Shown: positions 41,091-49,910 of the stretch, in pieces
How the letters are laid out: every line of letters starts with the position of its first letter
How positions within the stretch are numbered: the first letter of the stretch is position 1
Source of the DNA: Planctomycetales bacterium
GTDB taxonomy: Bacteria; 4484-113
Direction of reading: 5' to 3'
NCBI GenBank assembly: GCA_037441675.1
Contig: JBBIRS010000003.1
Coordinates: 96,001 to 160,000, forward strand
DNA: 64,000 bases
The notes under the pieces: generated by a model
The model's input: the letters and a program-made list of their open reading frames with translations, nothing else
What the model was told of the DNA's origin: nothing
Databases searched by the model: none
Position numbers and translations under genes: made by a program

Positions 41091-43640
41091 TTATCCACCA
41101 AGGGCGTTTAGCTCTTCAAGCTTGGCGATAGCAGATTCTAACAGATCGCGCGCGTAATCAGGATTATGAACGCCGTGAGCTTTTTCTTCCTCAACGTAGA
41201 GGTAGTTCCAAGCTGCTTGACGGTATTGATTACCAATGTCATCCGCAGGTGGACCTCCATCTTGGGGCTGAATAAGGAGAACAGGATTCTCCGGATCGCT
41301 CATGTCCTTAAATGGATATAGTGTCACGAATTCTTCCATCAGCGCCTCAATTTCTGCCTCGTAGGGTTCTAGGTAATCGGTGAAGAATGTTGCTGGGTCG
41401 CCCACATGGCAAGTCATACAAGCTTCTGCTTTTGGCTCAAAGGTATGACCCCCAATGGCTGGGCTTTCCGGGCTTTCATAATCCTTGCGGTACATATGGC
41501 AGGTGATACAACTCTCCTCGTTCCAGGTGTTGTGCGGATGGTCTTTGTCGTATTCAAATCCTTCGAATTCAAATCCTCCAATAGCATATAGCATTGTACC
41601 TTGATTGTTCGCATGCATTCCACGGAAAGTTGCGCCGGTAATGAAGGAATCTCTGTCCGCTTCCGTCCTGCGACCGTTATGGCAGGTGATGCAGATGTTT
41701 GCAGTATCTCCGTTCACTGGTGTATTGCCAAAGGGGATAGTTACGTCCTCCTCAGGGTCAACACGAAGTTGAGCCTCGAACTGCCCGTTGTGGGGGTCGT
41801 GACAGACAGAGCAGGTGATGTGCGCGGAATCTTCGTTGACTTCGGTTAAGTCCTCTGCGGGTGGGTCTTCTCCTCTGATTTGAACTTCCACATAATAGTA
41901 TCCATTGTGGCACTTAACACAGCTTGCGCCAACGACATTATGCTGTGGCGTCACACCATCTTCCTCGTATAATTGGTATGTGGCATGAACGGATTGCGCC
42001 CATTCCTCAAATTTGCCGTGACGCTCACCCTCATGACATAGACCACAACCAAACCCCTTTGAACCATCGTAAGTCTCATCATACTGATACTCGCCAGCTA
42101 CGATAATGTAATTGCCATCCGCATCCTTTTTATAGCCAGTGCCAGGATCCCAGGGTTTTGGTAGTGGCCCGCTGGCGGGATGACCAGTTGCAGAACCGTG
42201 GCAGTTTTCGCACTGAATGTCTTCAAACTGTGGAGTCAGCTCTGCGTCAATCCAACCACCAGAACCAGTGGGGAAGTAGCCAACGTTGTGGCAATTGTAA
42301 CACGCTTCATTTCTATCCATACCAATGTTACGTAGAGTGTCCATTGCGGTTGCGTGAGCGGTTGTCTGCCAGCCATCAACCATTGGGTCATCCGAGGTGT
42401 TGTGGCACACAACGCAGTACTCATAGCCTTGCCAATTGAAACTGGTAGGCAACTCGGATACATTAACCTCGTATGTTGCCTGAGCAGTTCCACCTTTGCC
42501 ATCATTTGCAGTAACGGTGATTGTGTAAGTTCCTGCTTCTGCAATACTCCACCAAGTTCTTGCTTTACCAGTTTCTTCGTCAATAGATGGATCAAAGAAG
42601 TTGGATCCTCCTGTGCCATCATCCCAAGTGTAGGTCAAAGTGTCGCCATCGGGATCGGTCGCAGTTGCGGAGAAGATAACCTTCTGAGTGGTAAATGGCG
42701 CGGACACATCTGAGGAGATGCCCGTATCACCAAAGGTGGGTGGGTTGTTCTCCACGCCTGGAGTGAGAATAGTAACCGCTACCGCATCAGTAGCGACCCC
42801 ACCTTTGCCATCTGATGCTGAGACTGAAATCGTGTAAACACCAGGAGCACTTGCGCTCCATGTAACAGTTGAGCTTCCATCTTGCGTGCTCGGAGTGCCA
42901 AGGGTTCCCGCGGGCGCTAGCCAATTGAAGGTGAGTGGATCTCCATCAGGGTCACTCGCAGTTGCGGTCAAAGTGAAAGTTTCATCTGGATTAGCGATAG
43001 ACTTATCAGAGGTAAGATCAACAGTTGGAATGCGATTTACCCCAGGACCTGGTGGTGGGGGAGCGGTAGTTGTGTAGTTCTCAAATACCGCATAGGCGGT
43101 GGAAAATCCTCTCACGTTTGCGGAAGGAACTGTGAAGGTGACAACGTTTCCCGAAGCACCAACAACACCAACAGCACTTACATCTTTAAGCGAATCTGTT
43201 GAAGATTCGGTCGTTTCCCACATATGGGTGGTCGTGTTGAACTTGAAAATAATGAATCCCATACCAGGGGTTTGAGCAGTTTTTAACCTGATTAATACCG
43301 TGATGTCTTTTAGTAGAGTAGCGTTTGTTGGTATGGAGACTACAGTGGCACCGAGCATCTCACCTGAATCTTCCGGAAAACTCGCGGCGTCCCTTTGGTC
43401 ACCAGAAAGCGTCTCGTGGACTTGCACTGTGGTTGTGGAAGCAAAGGATCCAGCAGGGAAAATTGCTCCACCACCTGAAGGAAGAATAATGGATGTCTCT
43501 ACGTCAGGTTGAACGGTTTGTTGAGGAGTTGGTATGGGAGTTACACCCTGCCGTCCACCTCTACCACCGCAGGCGAAACTAACAAAGGCAAGAACAAAGG
43601 CAATTAGTAGGATTAGAGAAAATCTGAAGTTTCTCTTCAT
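41091..43640 (-). CDS. Nine-heme c-type cytochrome lipoprotein with Ig/PKD-like stalk
   Basis: Lipobox SFA-C; two DPDGD.LT..W Ig-like repeats; nine CxxCH; c552/NrfA-like C-terminus (AAWNY....E..HGVHNP.Y). Confidence 0.92.
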   Translation of the reverse strand: MKRNFRFSLILLIAFVLAFVSFACGGRGGRQGVTPIPTPQQTVQPDVETSIILPSGGGAIFPAGSFASTTTVQVHETLSGDQRDAASFPEDSGEMLGATVVSIPTNATLLKDITVLIRLKTAQTPGMGFIIFKFNTTTHMWETTESSTDSLKDVSAVGVVGASGNVVTFTVPSANVRGFSTAYAVFENYTTTAPPPPGPGVNRIPTVDLTSDKSIANPDETFTLTATASDPDGDPLTFNWLAPAGTLGTPSTQDGSSTVTWSASAPGVYTISVSASDGKGGVATDAVAVTILTPGVENNPPTFGDTGISSDVSAPFTTQKVIFSATATDPDGDTLTYTWDDGTGGSNFFDPSIDEETGKARTWWSIAEAGTYTITVTANDGKGGTAQATYEVNVSELPTSFNWQGYEYCVVCHNTSDDPMVDGWQTTAHATAMDTLRNIGMDRNEACYNCHNVGYFPTGSGGWIDAELTPQFEDIQCENCHGSATGHPASGPLPKPWDPGTGYKKDADGNYIIVAGEYQYDETYDGSKGFGCGLCHEGERHGKFEEWAQSVHATYQLYEEDGVTPQHNVVGASCVKCHNGYYYVEVQIRGEDPPAEDLTEVNEDSAHITCSVCHDPHNGQFEAQLRVDPEEDVTIPFGNTPVNGDTANICITCHNGRRTEADRDSFITGATFRGMHANNQGTMLYAIGGFEFEGFEYDKDHPHNTWNEESCITCHMYRKDYESPESPAIGGHTFEPKAEACMTCHVGDPATFFTDYLEPYEAEIEALMEEFVTLYPFKDMSDPENPVLLIQPQDGGPPADDIGNQYRQAAWNYLYVEEEKAHGVHNPDYARDLLESAIAKLEELNALGG

Positions 43641-43963
43641 AAGGTACCTCCTTGAAATAGATTACTTTCAAACGTGTATCGTTTGAATCGAATCACATTA
43701 CTTTAATACCACAAATCCAATAAATTTGCAATATATTTCACAATATATTTTAATAAAATATAACAAGTATAATTTAAATCATAATCTCAAATATAGGCAT
43801 AAAATATGGTAATTAATAGGCTATCACTATTTGGATGTCTTGAGTTGCGAAATTACTTGCCGTGATTTAGGAGGAATAAAATTGGTTATCTAAGAATAAA
43901 TAGTTAAATAATTTACAATCTCAAAATTGCCAATATGTTAGCTTGATAGGGGTATTGGTAAAA

Positions 43964-44036
43964 CACGCCCGGCAGGATTCGAACCTGCGACCCTCTGCTT
44001 AGAAGGCAGATGCTCTATCCCCTGAGCTACGGGCGC
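43964..44036 (-). tRNA. tRNA-Arg(TCT), CCA not encoded
   Basis: GCGCCCG/CGGGCGT acceptor, anticodon arm TCTGC-CTTCTAA-GCAGA, T-loop GGTTCGAATCC. Confidence 0.97.
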
Positions 44037-44371
44037 CCTGCCTTTGGTGGATTTCGATCAATACATAAGTATTCGCTTCTGCCAAAGCTAATTATACCAA
44101 TTATAAACGGCGAACACTCTATGGCGAAATGTTATACCATCTCAAAACCTTTTGAGATTTTTATGGTAGTACTCTCACTCTATTCACTATAAAATTTTGC
44201 CTAAATGCCTACTAGAGTTTATTTTAACCTTAGTTATATTCATTAAATAGTTTAATCCTAGAATTGTGATAGGACACAATTTTTATAAATTAAGAAAGTA
44301 GAATTTAAGAAAGCAGAATTTATTAGGTATTTAGGCGATTACTTTGAATTCAGTTAATTGAGCTAGAGTTG

Positions 44372-44510
44372 TGGTATAATAATTTGTTAGTTCACAGTGG
44401 TTTGTAAGGAGAAAGAGTCTGGTCGGAAACTTCTGGGGTAAATCCACTTAAGAATATCCGCCAAAGCCTTCAGAGTAAGTTCTGCTATCTTCTCACCAAT
44501 GTGGGCTAGC
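44372..44510 (+). promoter_or_regulatory. Extended -10 promoter and long structured 5' leader (or sRNA) of the RRM gene
   Basis: TGGTATAAT at 44372-44380; the rod begins at the predicted +1, with GTTAGTTCACA (44386-96) pairing TGTGGGCTAGC (44500-10). Confidence 0.55.
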
Positions 44511-44540
44511 GAAATTTAAGATTTAAGGAGTTTGTGTTTT

Positions 44541-44858
44541 ATGGCTAACAAGCTATACGTGGGTAATTTGAATTATGCCACTACCGAGGATACGCTGAAG
44601 AGCACATTTGGTGTGCACGGCGAGGTTACTAGCGTAACCATCATCTCAGGTAAAGGCTTTGGCTTTGTTGAGTTTGCGGATGATGAGTCTGCACAAAAGG
44701 CAAAGGATGCCCTGAATGGGACCGAGTTAGACGGAAGGACAATTCGCGTTGACGAGGCGCGTCCTAGAGAGAGCCGACCCGCAGGCGGTAGAACTGGGGG
44801 GAGAAGCGGTTCTCGCTCGGAGCGCGGTAGGGGTAGAACCGGTAGGGAAAGATGGTAG
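44541..44858 (+). CDS. RRM RNA-binding protein with Arg/Gly-rich tail
   Basis: RNP2 KLYVGNL, RNP1 KGFGFVEF, LNG.ELDGR.IRV.EARP; SD AAGGAG. Confidence 0.95.
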   Translation: MANKLYVGNLNYATTEDTLKSTFGVHGEVTSVTIISGKGFGFVEFADDESAQKAKDALNGTELDGRTIRVDEARPRESRPAGGRTGGRSGSRSERGRGRTGRERW

Positions 44859-44931
44859 GGTAAGGCAATTCTTTACCCTCTAGTTCTGAAAAACGAGCTT
44901 CGCTCTTTTACCTACTAAGGGTTAAATTTGT

Positions 44932-44967
44932 CGCAGGGAATTCCAAACTACTTGGAATTCCCTTGCG
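44932..44967 (+). terminator. Strong hairpin downstream of the RRM gene
   Basis: GCAGGGAATTCCAA-ACTAC-TTGGAATTCCCTTGC; no clear U-tract. Confidence 0.45.
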
Positions 44968-45177
44968 CGCAAATTAACTAGTATGATGTTGATGTATTTC
45001 TAGCTATAATAAGAGCTAGGTATGAAAGTGGTGAGGGAGTGCGACCTTAATGGTTGATTCTTGCGCAATTTAGAGAGCGTTTATAAAATTAATTGAAGGC
45101 AACAAAAAGCTTCTTGGTGTTGTAGCCACATGATATTTATTTTGATAAATTAATAGTTTTTGAAAATCTGATGCAGT

Positions 45178-45312
45178 ATGAAGAGAACATATCAACCAAA
45201 AAAGCTAAAGAGGAAACGCACACACGGATTTCTAGCGCGGATGGCAAGCCCAGGTGGAAGGCGTGTAATTAAGCGCAGGCGCACGAAGGGCAGGAAATGT
45301 TTGGCTGTCTGA
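45178..45312 (+). CDS. rpmH: 50S ribosomal protein L34 (below the ORF-track length cutoff)
   Basis: Translates [44 protein letters not shown]. Confidence 0.98.
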   Translation: MKRTYQPKKLKRKRTHGFLARMASPGGRRVIKRRRTKGRKCLAV

Positions 45313-45321
45313 TCCTAGTCT

Positions 45322-45675
45322 ATGTCTATAGTAGCGCTTAAGAAACAGAGAGACTTTGACCGCGTCTTCCGTGAGGGTAAATTCGCTATAAAGGCAAATT
45401 TGATTGTTTACGCCTTGCCTAACTCTCTAGGTTTTACACGTGTTGGCATCTCAATTGGAGCAAAGGTTGGTGGGGCTGTTCTTAGAAATCGCCTAAGAAG
45501 ATGGGTTCGCGAGATACTCAGGAAGGAGATGAATAATATAGTGCCGGGATTTGACGTTGTAGTCGTGATAAAGAGCGTTGAACCTTTTGTGTTTGAGGAG
45601 TTTAGGAAGACATTTTTGTTTCTTCTCAGAAATAGAGGTATTGTTAAACTTGGTGGACGTGAAGCTTACTCTTAG
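45322..45675 (+). CDS. rnpA: RNase P protein component
   Basis: LKK..DF..VF, RVGISI..KVG.AV.RNRLRR. Confidence 0.95.
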   Translation: MSIVALKKQRDFDRVFREGKFAIKANLIVYALPNSLGFTRVGISIGAKVGGAVLRNRLRRWVREILRKEMNNIVPGFDVVVVIKSVEPFVFEEFRKTFLFLLRNRGIVKLGGREAYS

Positions 45676-45728
45676 TTTTCGCAATGCTAAAAATTTTCTT
45701 ATAAAGGGTCGGCGTTATCATAAGTAAG

Positions 45729-46007
45729 ATGAAGAGGTTATTGATATTTCTAATTAAGTTTTATCAGCATCAGGTTTCACCGATCCTACCTCCAACCTGC
45801 AAATTTCAGCCATCATGTAGCCAGTATGCCCTTGAAGCGATTGAACTGCATGGCGTGGTTAGGGGGACCTTTCTCGCTCTTCTGCGGATATTAAGGTGCA
45901 ACCCATTTGCCGTAGGAGGGTTTGATCCTGTGCCTCCTAAAAGATGTGAGAAGCTGACAACGCTTAACGAGAATCAAGAAGATAAATCACTTATGGAGTG
46001 CAACTAA
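45729..46007 (+). CDS. yidD: Membrane protein insertion efficiency factor YidD
   Basis: [28 protein letters not shown]. Confidence 0.96.
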   Translation: MKRLLIFLIKFYQHQVSPILPPTCKFQPSCSQYALEAIELHGVVRGTFLALLRILRCNPFAVGGFDPVPPKRCEKLTTLNENQEDKSLMECN

Positions 46008-46010
46008 TAA

Positions 46011-47114
46011 ATGATTTGGCGAGGCTTTAATGCGCTTCTGTTGGTGTTATTAAAGGACCCGATTGCGCTAATGGAAAAGGTTGACAAGAACGTATACGTG
46101 CAGGGATTCCAACTGACGGGGCCCATCGCTCTCACAATAATCTACGTGCTTTTGTTTCTGGGTTCAGGACTTGGGAGTTATGGCCTTGCCATTGTTGTGA
46201 TGACGATACTGGTCAGATTACTTCTTCTGAATCTGACCATTTCCCAAATACGAATGATGAAGCTGAATCAGTATCTTGCTCCGCTCGCTCGTCAGATCCA
46301 GAAGAAGTACAAGGATGATAAAGTTGTTCAAAACCAAAAGCTTATGCTTCTATATCAACACTTCAGATTGAGCCCGCTAAGTGGATGCTTAGCTATTATC
46401 CTTCAGTTCATTATTTTGTTTGGAGTTTATCGTGCGCTGTACGATCCTGTATTTCTTGGAGAAACTTTTTGGGGGATACAAATACTTTTCCCGATGAACC
46501 TTTACTACGCGAGAAGTTTCGGCAAGGGAGTTAATCTACAATCCTTAATTTTTAATTACATTGATGAGCACAACTTATCGTCACAAGTTCTTACTTGGTC
46601 AAAGGTCATTGGCGATAAAACCTACAGTTGGGCGATATACTGGCCAGCGCTGGTTCTGGTGCTATTTTATATTTTAACTTCTTTAGCCATGCAAAGATTT
46701 ATGCGCAAAATATCTGCGCCAGACCCGAGATTGAAGGAGTTATTTCCCGAGGAGAGGAAGAATAAGGGGGAGAAGTCACAGGACTTTGCTGAGGTGATGC
46801 AGAGGCAAACCCTGATGATAAACGTTATGCTTGTTCTAATCGCGTTTATACTCTCCGCTGGCGCGCTACTTTACTTTATAATGCAAAATATCTTGATGAT
46901 GATAGAATACAAGTTTGTTCCAAGGATGCTAAAACTGAGTTATAGCCACGCTGAACTCAACAGCATTATGGACGCAATCTACAGAAGCGGTGGCACCGAG
47001 GAAAAGGCGGAAAGAGGTATCGCATCTGTTAAGGAGGAGTCAGTTGCTAATCCTGACGAGCAGGAGGAAGAGGAAATATTGCGAATTAGAAAACCATTTT
47101 CTAGGAAAAAATAA
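46011..47114 (+). CDS. yidC: Membrane insertase YidC (short form)
   Basis: YGLAIVV.TILVR, IQKKYK.D...Q..M.LY...SPLSGCL; operon position. Confidence 0.9.
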   Translation: MIWRGFNALLLVLLKDPIALMEKVDKNVYVQGFQLTGPIALTIIYVLLFLGSGLGSYGLAIVVMTILVRLLLLNLTISQIRMMKLNQYLAPLARQIQKKYKDDKVVQNQKLMLLYQHFRLSPLSGCLAIILQFIILFGVYRALYDPVFLGETFWGIQILFPMNLYYARSFGKGVNLQSLIFNYIDEHNLSSQVLTWSKVIGDKTYSWAIYWPALVLVLFYILTSLAMQRFMRKISAPDPRLKELFPEERKNKGEKSQDFAEVMQRQTLMINVMLVLIAFILSAGALLYFIMQNILMMIEYKFVPRMLKLSYSHAELNSIMDAIYRSGGTEEKAERGIASVKEESVANPDEQEEEEILRIRKPFSRKK

Positions 47115-47143
47115 ATTTATCTCACTCTTCTGAAGAGGGCAAA

Positions 47144-47758
47144 ATGGAAATTTATAGCTTATCTGGAAGTAATGTTGAGGAATTGAAGAATCAAGTGAGA
47201 AACCATTTTGCAGGTTGGGACGTTTTCATATGGGAAAAGTCTTCAGATGAGGGACAAGCAATCATCTACGGAGTTCCATGGCACCAAGTTCTTGACTACC
47301 TTCAGGGATATGCCAATCGTATTGCTCAGGCAATTGACCCCTATGCCAGCGTCAGAGTTAGCCTGGAGGATAAGGAGAAGGGAAGGATTCTTGTGATTAT
47401 TAGGAGTAGGAGGGCAAGCTTGTTCATTGGATGGCATGGTCAAACATTAGATGCCATTGAGGGTATCTTGGTTGCGCTTTTATCGCACAAGCTGGGAGTT
47501 TTTGTGGAAGTTTGCGTTGATACTGCTCAGTATAGAAGAAAGAGGGAAAGCTTCCTTCGAGCCCTTGTTAAAAAAATCGTTGCGGAAGTAGAATTAGACC
47601 ATAAGGAGCGCCCCATACCAAACTTGCTTCCCAAGGAGCGAAGGCTTGTGCACCTTATGTTTCAAAAGCATCCTTATTTGACGACTGAAAGCAGAGGCGA
47701 AGCTGATGAGCGAACCCTTTACATTATGCCAAGACCTGACTTGACGAGTAAGTTTTAA
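47144..47758 (+). CDS. jag: Jag/KhpB RNA-binding protein (KH + R3H)
   Basis: IG.HGQTLDAI, D...YR.KRE, ERRLVH, TESRGE..R. Confidence 0.9.
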   Translation: MEIYSLSGSNVEELKNQVRNHFAGWDVFIWEKSSDEGQAIIYGVPWHQVLDYLQGYANRIAQAIDPYASVRVSLEDKEKGRILVIIRSRRASLFIGWHGQTLDAIEGILVALLSHKLGVFVEVCVDTAQYRRKRESFLRALVKKIVAEVELDHKERPIPNLLPKERRLVHLMFQKHPYLTTESRGEADERTLYIMPRPDLTSKF

Positions 47759-47826
47759 GTTTAGACAAATTATTATTTACACGTCTATGAAGATTTTTTT
47801 GGCATTTTATCTTGAAGGATATAAAA

Positions 47827-48042
47827 ATGACTCAAGGCACAATAAAGAGGCTATATCGAAGTAGGTCAAACAGAATCTTTTTCGGTTTTTGCGGAGGAGT
47901 TGGTGAATACTTCCAAGTTGACCCTGTTATTGTGCGTATCATTTATGTATTGCTGATCCTTGGAACAATGGGCGGATTTGTTCTATTTTTATTCTACCTC
48001 TTGTCTCCGCTATTTGTTCCCCTGGAGAAAATTGAAGTTTAG
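47827..48042 (+). CDS. pspC: PspC domain protein
   Basis: KRLYRS..NR..G.CGG.GEYF.VDP.IVR. Confidence 0.9.
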   Translation: MTQGTIKRLYRSRSNRIFFGFCGGVGEYFQVDPVIVRIIYVLLILGTMGGFVLFLFYLLSPLFVPLEKIEV

Positions 48043-48057
48043 GGATATTTAGAGCAT

Positions 48058-48501
48058 ATGGCGGAGAATAGGGATTTTGAAGTAATTGCGGAGGTTGGTG
48101 AGGAAGACTCAGTTGTTTTGGCTAGGCACTACCTAAGTTCTCCCTAAGTATTTCGCATTCTAGCGCCATTCGTTGGAGATAAGCTTTTTGAGCAAGCACT
48201 AATAGTAGTTCCTCTTGTTACTTACTTGGTTTTGTTTCAGGTATTTGTGCTTAGGGAAACAGTTGAAAGAGCTGTTCAAATAAGTTTGGGAGTGGGCTTG
48301 GTCGTATTTGGCTTAGCATTCTTCATGGAAGGAGTAAGACTTGGACTTATTGCGTTTGCTGAAAGAATAGGGGCGGGTCTTCCCCATCGCGCAAGCTTGC
48401 CTTTTATATTTCGCAGTGACTGGAGTTTTTTTATTGAATGTGGGCATTATTCTTGGATTTTCAGCCCCTGGCGGTCGGGCGGGAGAGGTCTAGTATTATG
48501 A
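48058..48501 (+). pseudogene. Truncated DUF1538-like membrane protein
   Basis: In-frame TAA at 48145. Remnant VVPL..YLVLFQ..GL.FFMEG.RLGL..F.E.IG..LP, after which homology is lost. Confidence 0.6.
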
Positions 48502-48840
48502 TGAACAAAGAGCTTGATTTATTAAAGTAGTAATTCAACATGAGAGGGGGGATAAAGTAGTGAAACGGGCTATTAAGGCGGGGCTCGCGGTGTTACCATT
48601 TGGTTCGCTCGCGGTTCAGGGATTAGGGAGAGGCTTTGCCTTCTTGGTATCGCCATCTCTTGGGAGAAAGAAGTGGTTATGATTTTCACTCCTAAGGAGA
48701 TAACTGATAAAGCCTTTGAGGCAGTGGTAAAGGCTGGGAAGCTCAATGTTCCTTGTCAAGGTATAGCCTTTGTGACAGAAGTTAAGGCTGTCGCAGGAAT
48801 CTTTACCACTGAAGATATTCCTTCCCTAGCGATGGGATGA
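48498..48840 (+). pseudogene. P-II-like regulator, frameshifted
   Basis: Joining two single-base shifts gives ..GDKVVKRAIKAGARGVTIWFARGSGIRERL.LLGIAI..EKEVV..AGKL..P.QGIAFV; typical partner of DUF1538. Confidence 0.7.
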
Positions 48841-48890
48841 TGGTTATTTGGTGTATGGCTTTATTTAGGGCTAGGGTGGGTTTCAGTTAC

Positions 48891-48919
48891 TTGATAAAAA
48901 GAGCTTGACCTGCTAAAAT
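48891..48919 (+). promoter_or_regulatory. sigma70 promoter of the transglycosylase gene
   Basis: TTGATA, 17-nt spacer, TAAAAT preceded by TGn. Confidence 0.55.
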
Positions 48920-49015
48920 TGTTTTGCCCAGTTATCTGGGCATTTTTATTTCACGTGGCGCTGAAGTAGGCGTCAATCCTATTTTTACAGGAGGAAGTGT
49001 TCAGGAGGAAGCCTT

Positions 49016-49870
49016 ATGATAAATCGCCTGAGCTTATTCCAAATTGGTCTTTTAATTCTTTTCACGCCAGTTTTTGTTAATGAGCACATTCTCATTAAGA
49101 AGCCTGAACTAGCCGCTACTCATAAAAGGGCTGTATCTGCAACGGGGGGTCATTGGCAAAGCCCAGTCAAAAGCCCGTATTCCCATTTTGACTCAACAAT
49201 TTTCGTTTCAGATAAGAATCTAGCCTTTCCCTTGGACTGTCCTGAGTTCACCACTAGCTTTTTCCAGGTAGAGCCACTTAGTAAGCATTCAAAGCCTAAT
49301 TACATCCGTCCTCTTTCAGTCCTATATGTCTCATACGAGGAAAAGGAGATTGATCCTGTAATGCACGCTTTCTTGGTTAACTATCTGAATAGACATTGGA
49401 AAATTTCCTATAGGGAGGCGGAACAACTAGCATATTGGATTTTGAAGTATTCATACATTTACGAGGTTGATCCGCTGGTTCAGCTTGCGAGAATTCTTAA
49501 GGAGAGCGGAGGTAGACATTATCTGCTTGCGAGTAGGGGAGGGAATGTGCGGGTTGTTCGAGGTAGAGCCGGGGAGATAGGCTTTTCCCAGATTGCGCCA
49601 TCGTGGATAGGTAAGACGATTGAGGGAGTGAAGTTGAGTAAAGAGGTCCTGTTTGACCCCGAGGGAAATATTCTTGCCGGAATTGCCCTATATAAGCGTT
49701 ACGAAAGAATGAGTGACGGGTATTTGATGGCTCTCACAAAGTACAACCGCCCGGGCTCCCGGAGGGTTAATTCCTACGCACTCCAAGTGAATAAACTGTA
49801 TGAAAAGATTCTCTCCGAATACTTCAAGTTCAGGCTTCTTCAACCTAGCGTTTACTCATGGGAGATTTAG
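49016..49870 (+). CDS. Lytic transglycosylase (SLT domain)
   Basis: VDPL...A.I..ES, G..QI, LFDP..NI..G, AL..YN. Confidence 0.8.
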   Translation: MINRLSLFQIGLLILFTPVFVNEHILIKKPELAATHKRAVSATGGHWQSPVKSPYSHFDSTIFVSDKNLAFPLDCPEFTTSFFQVEPLSKHSKPNYIRPLSVLYVSYEEKEIDPVMHAFLVNYLNRHWKISYREAEQLAYWILKYSYIYEVDPLVQLARILKESGGRHYLLASRGGNVRVVRGRAGEIGFSQIAPSWIGKTIEGVKLSKEVLFDPEGNILAGIALYKRYERMSDGYLMALTKYNRPGSRRVNSYALQVNKLYEKILSEYFKFRLLQPSVYSWEI

Positions 49871-49910
49871 AAGGCTAGATTAGGTCATTAAGGTTTTAGG
49901 TTATCTTTAT

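Noticed and set aside
43641..45177. oriC candidate (AT-rich DNA upstream of rpmH)
   Set aside because: No cluster of TTATCCACA-like DnaA boxes seen and no dnaA; explained by promoters, the tRNA and the RRM gene.
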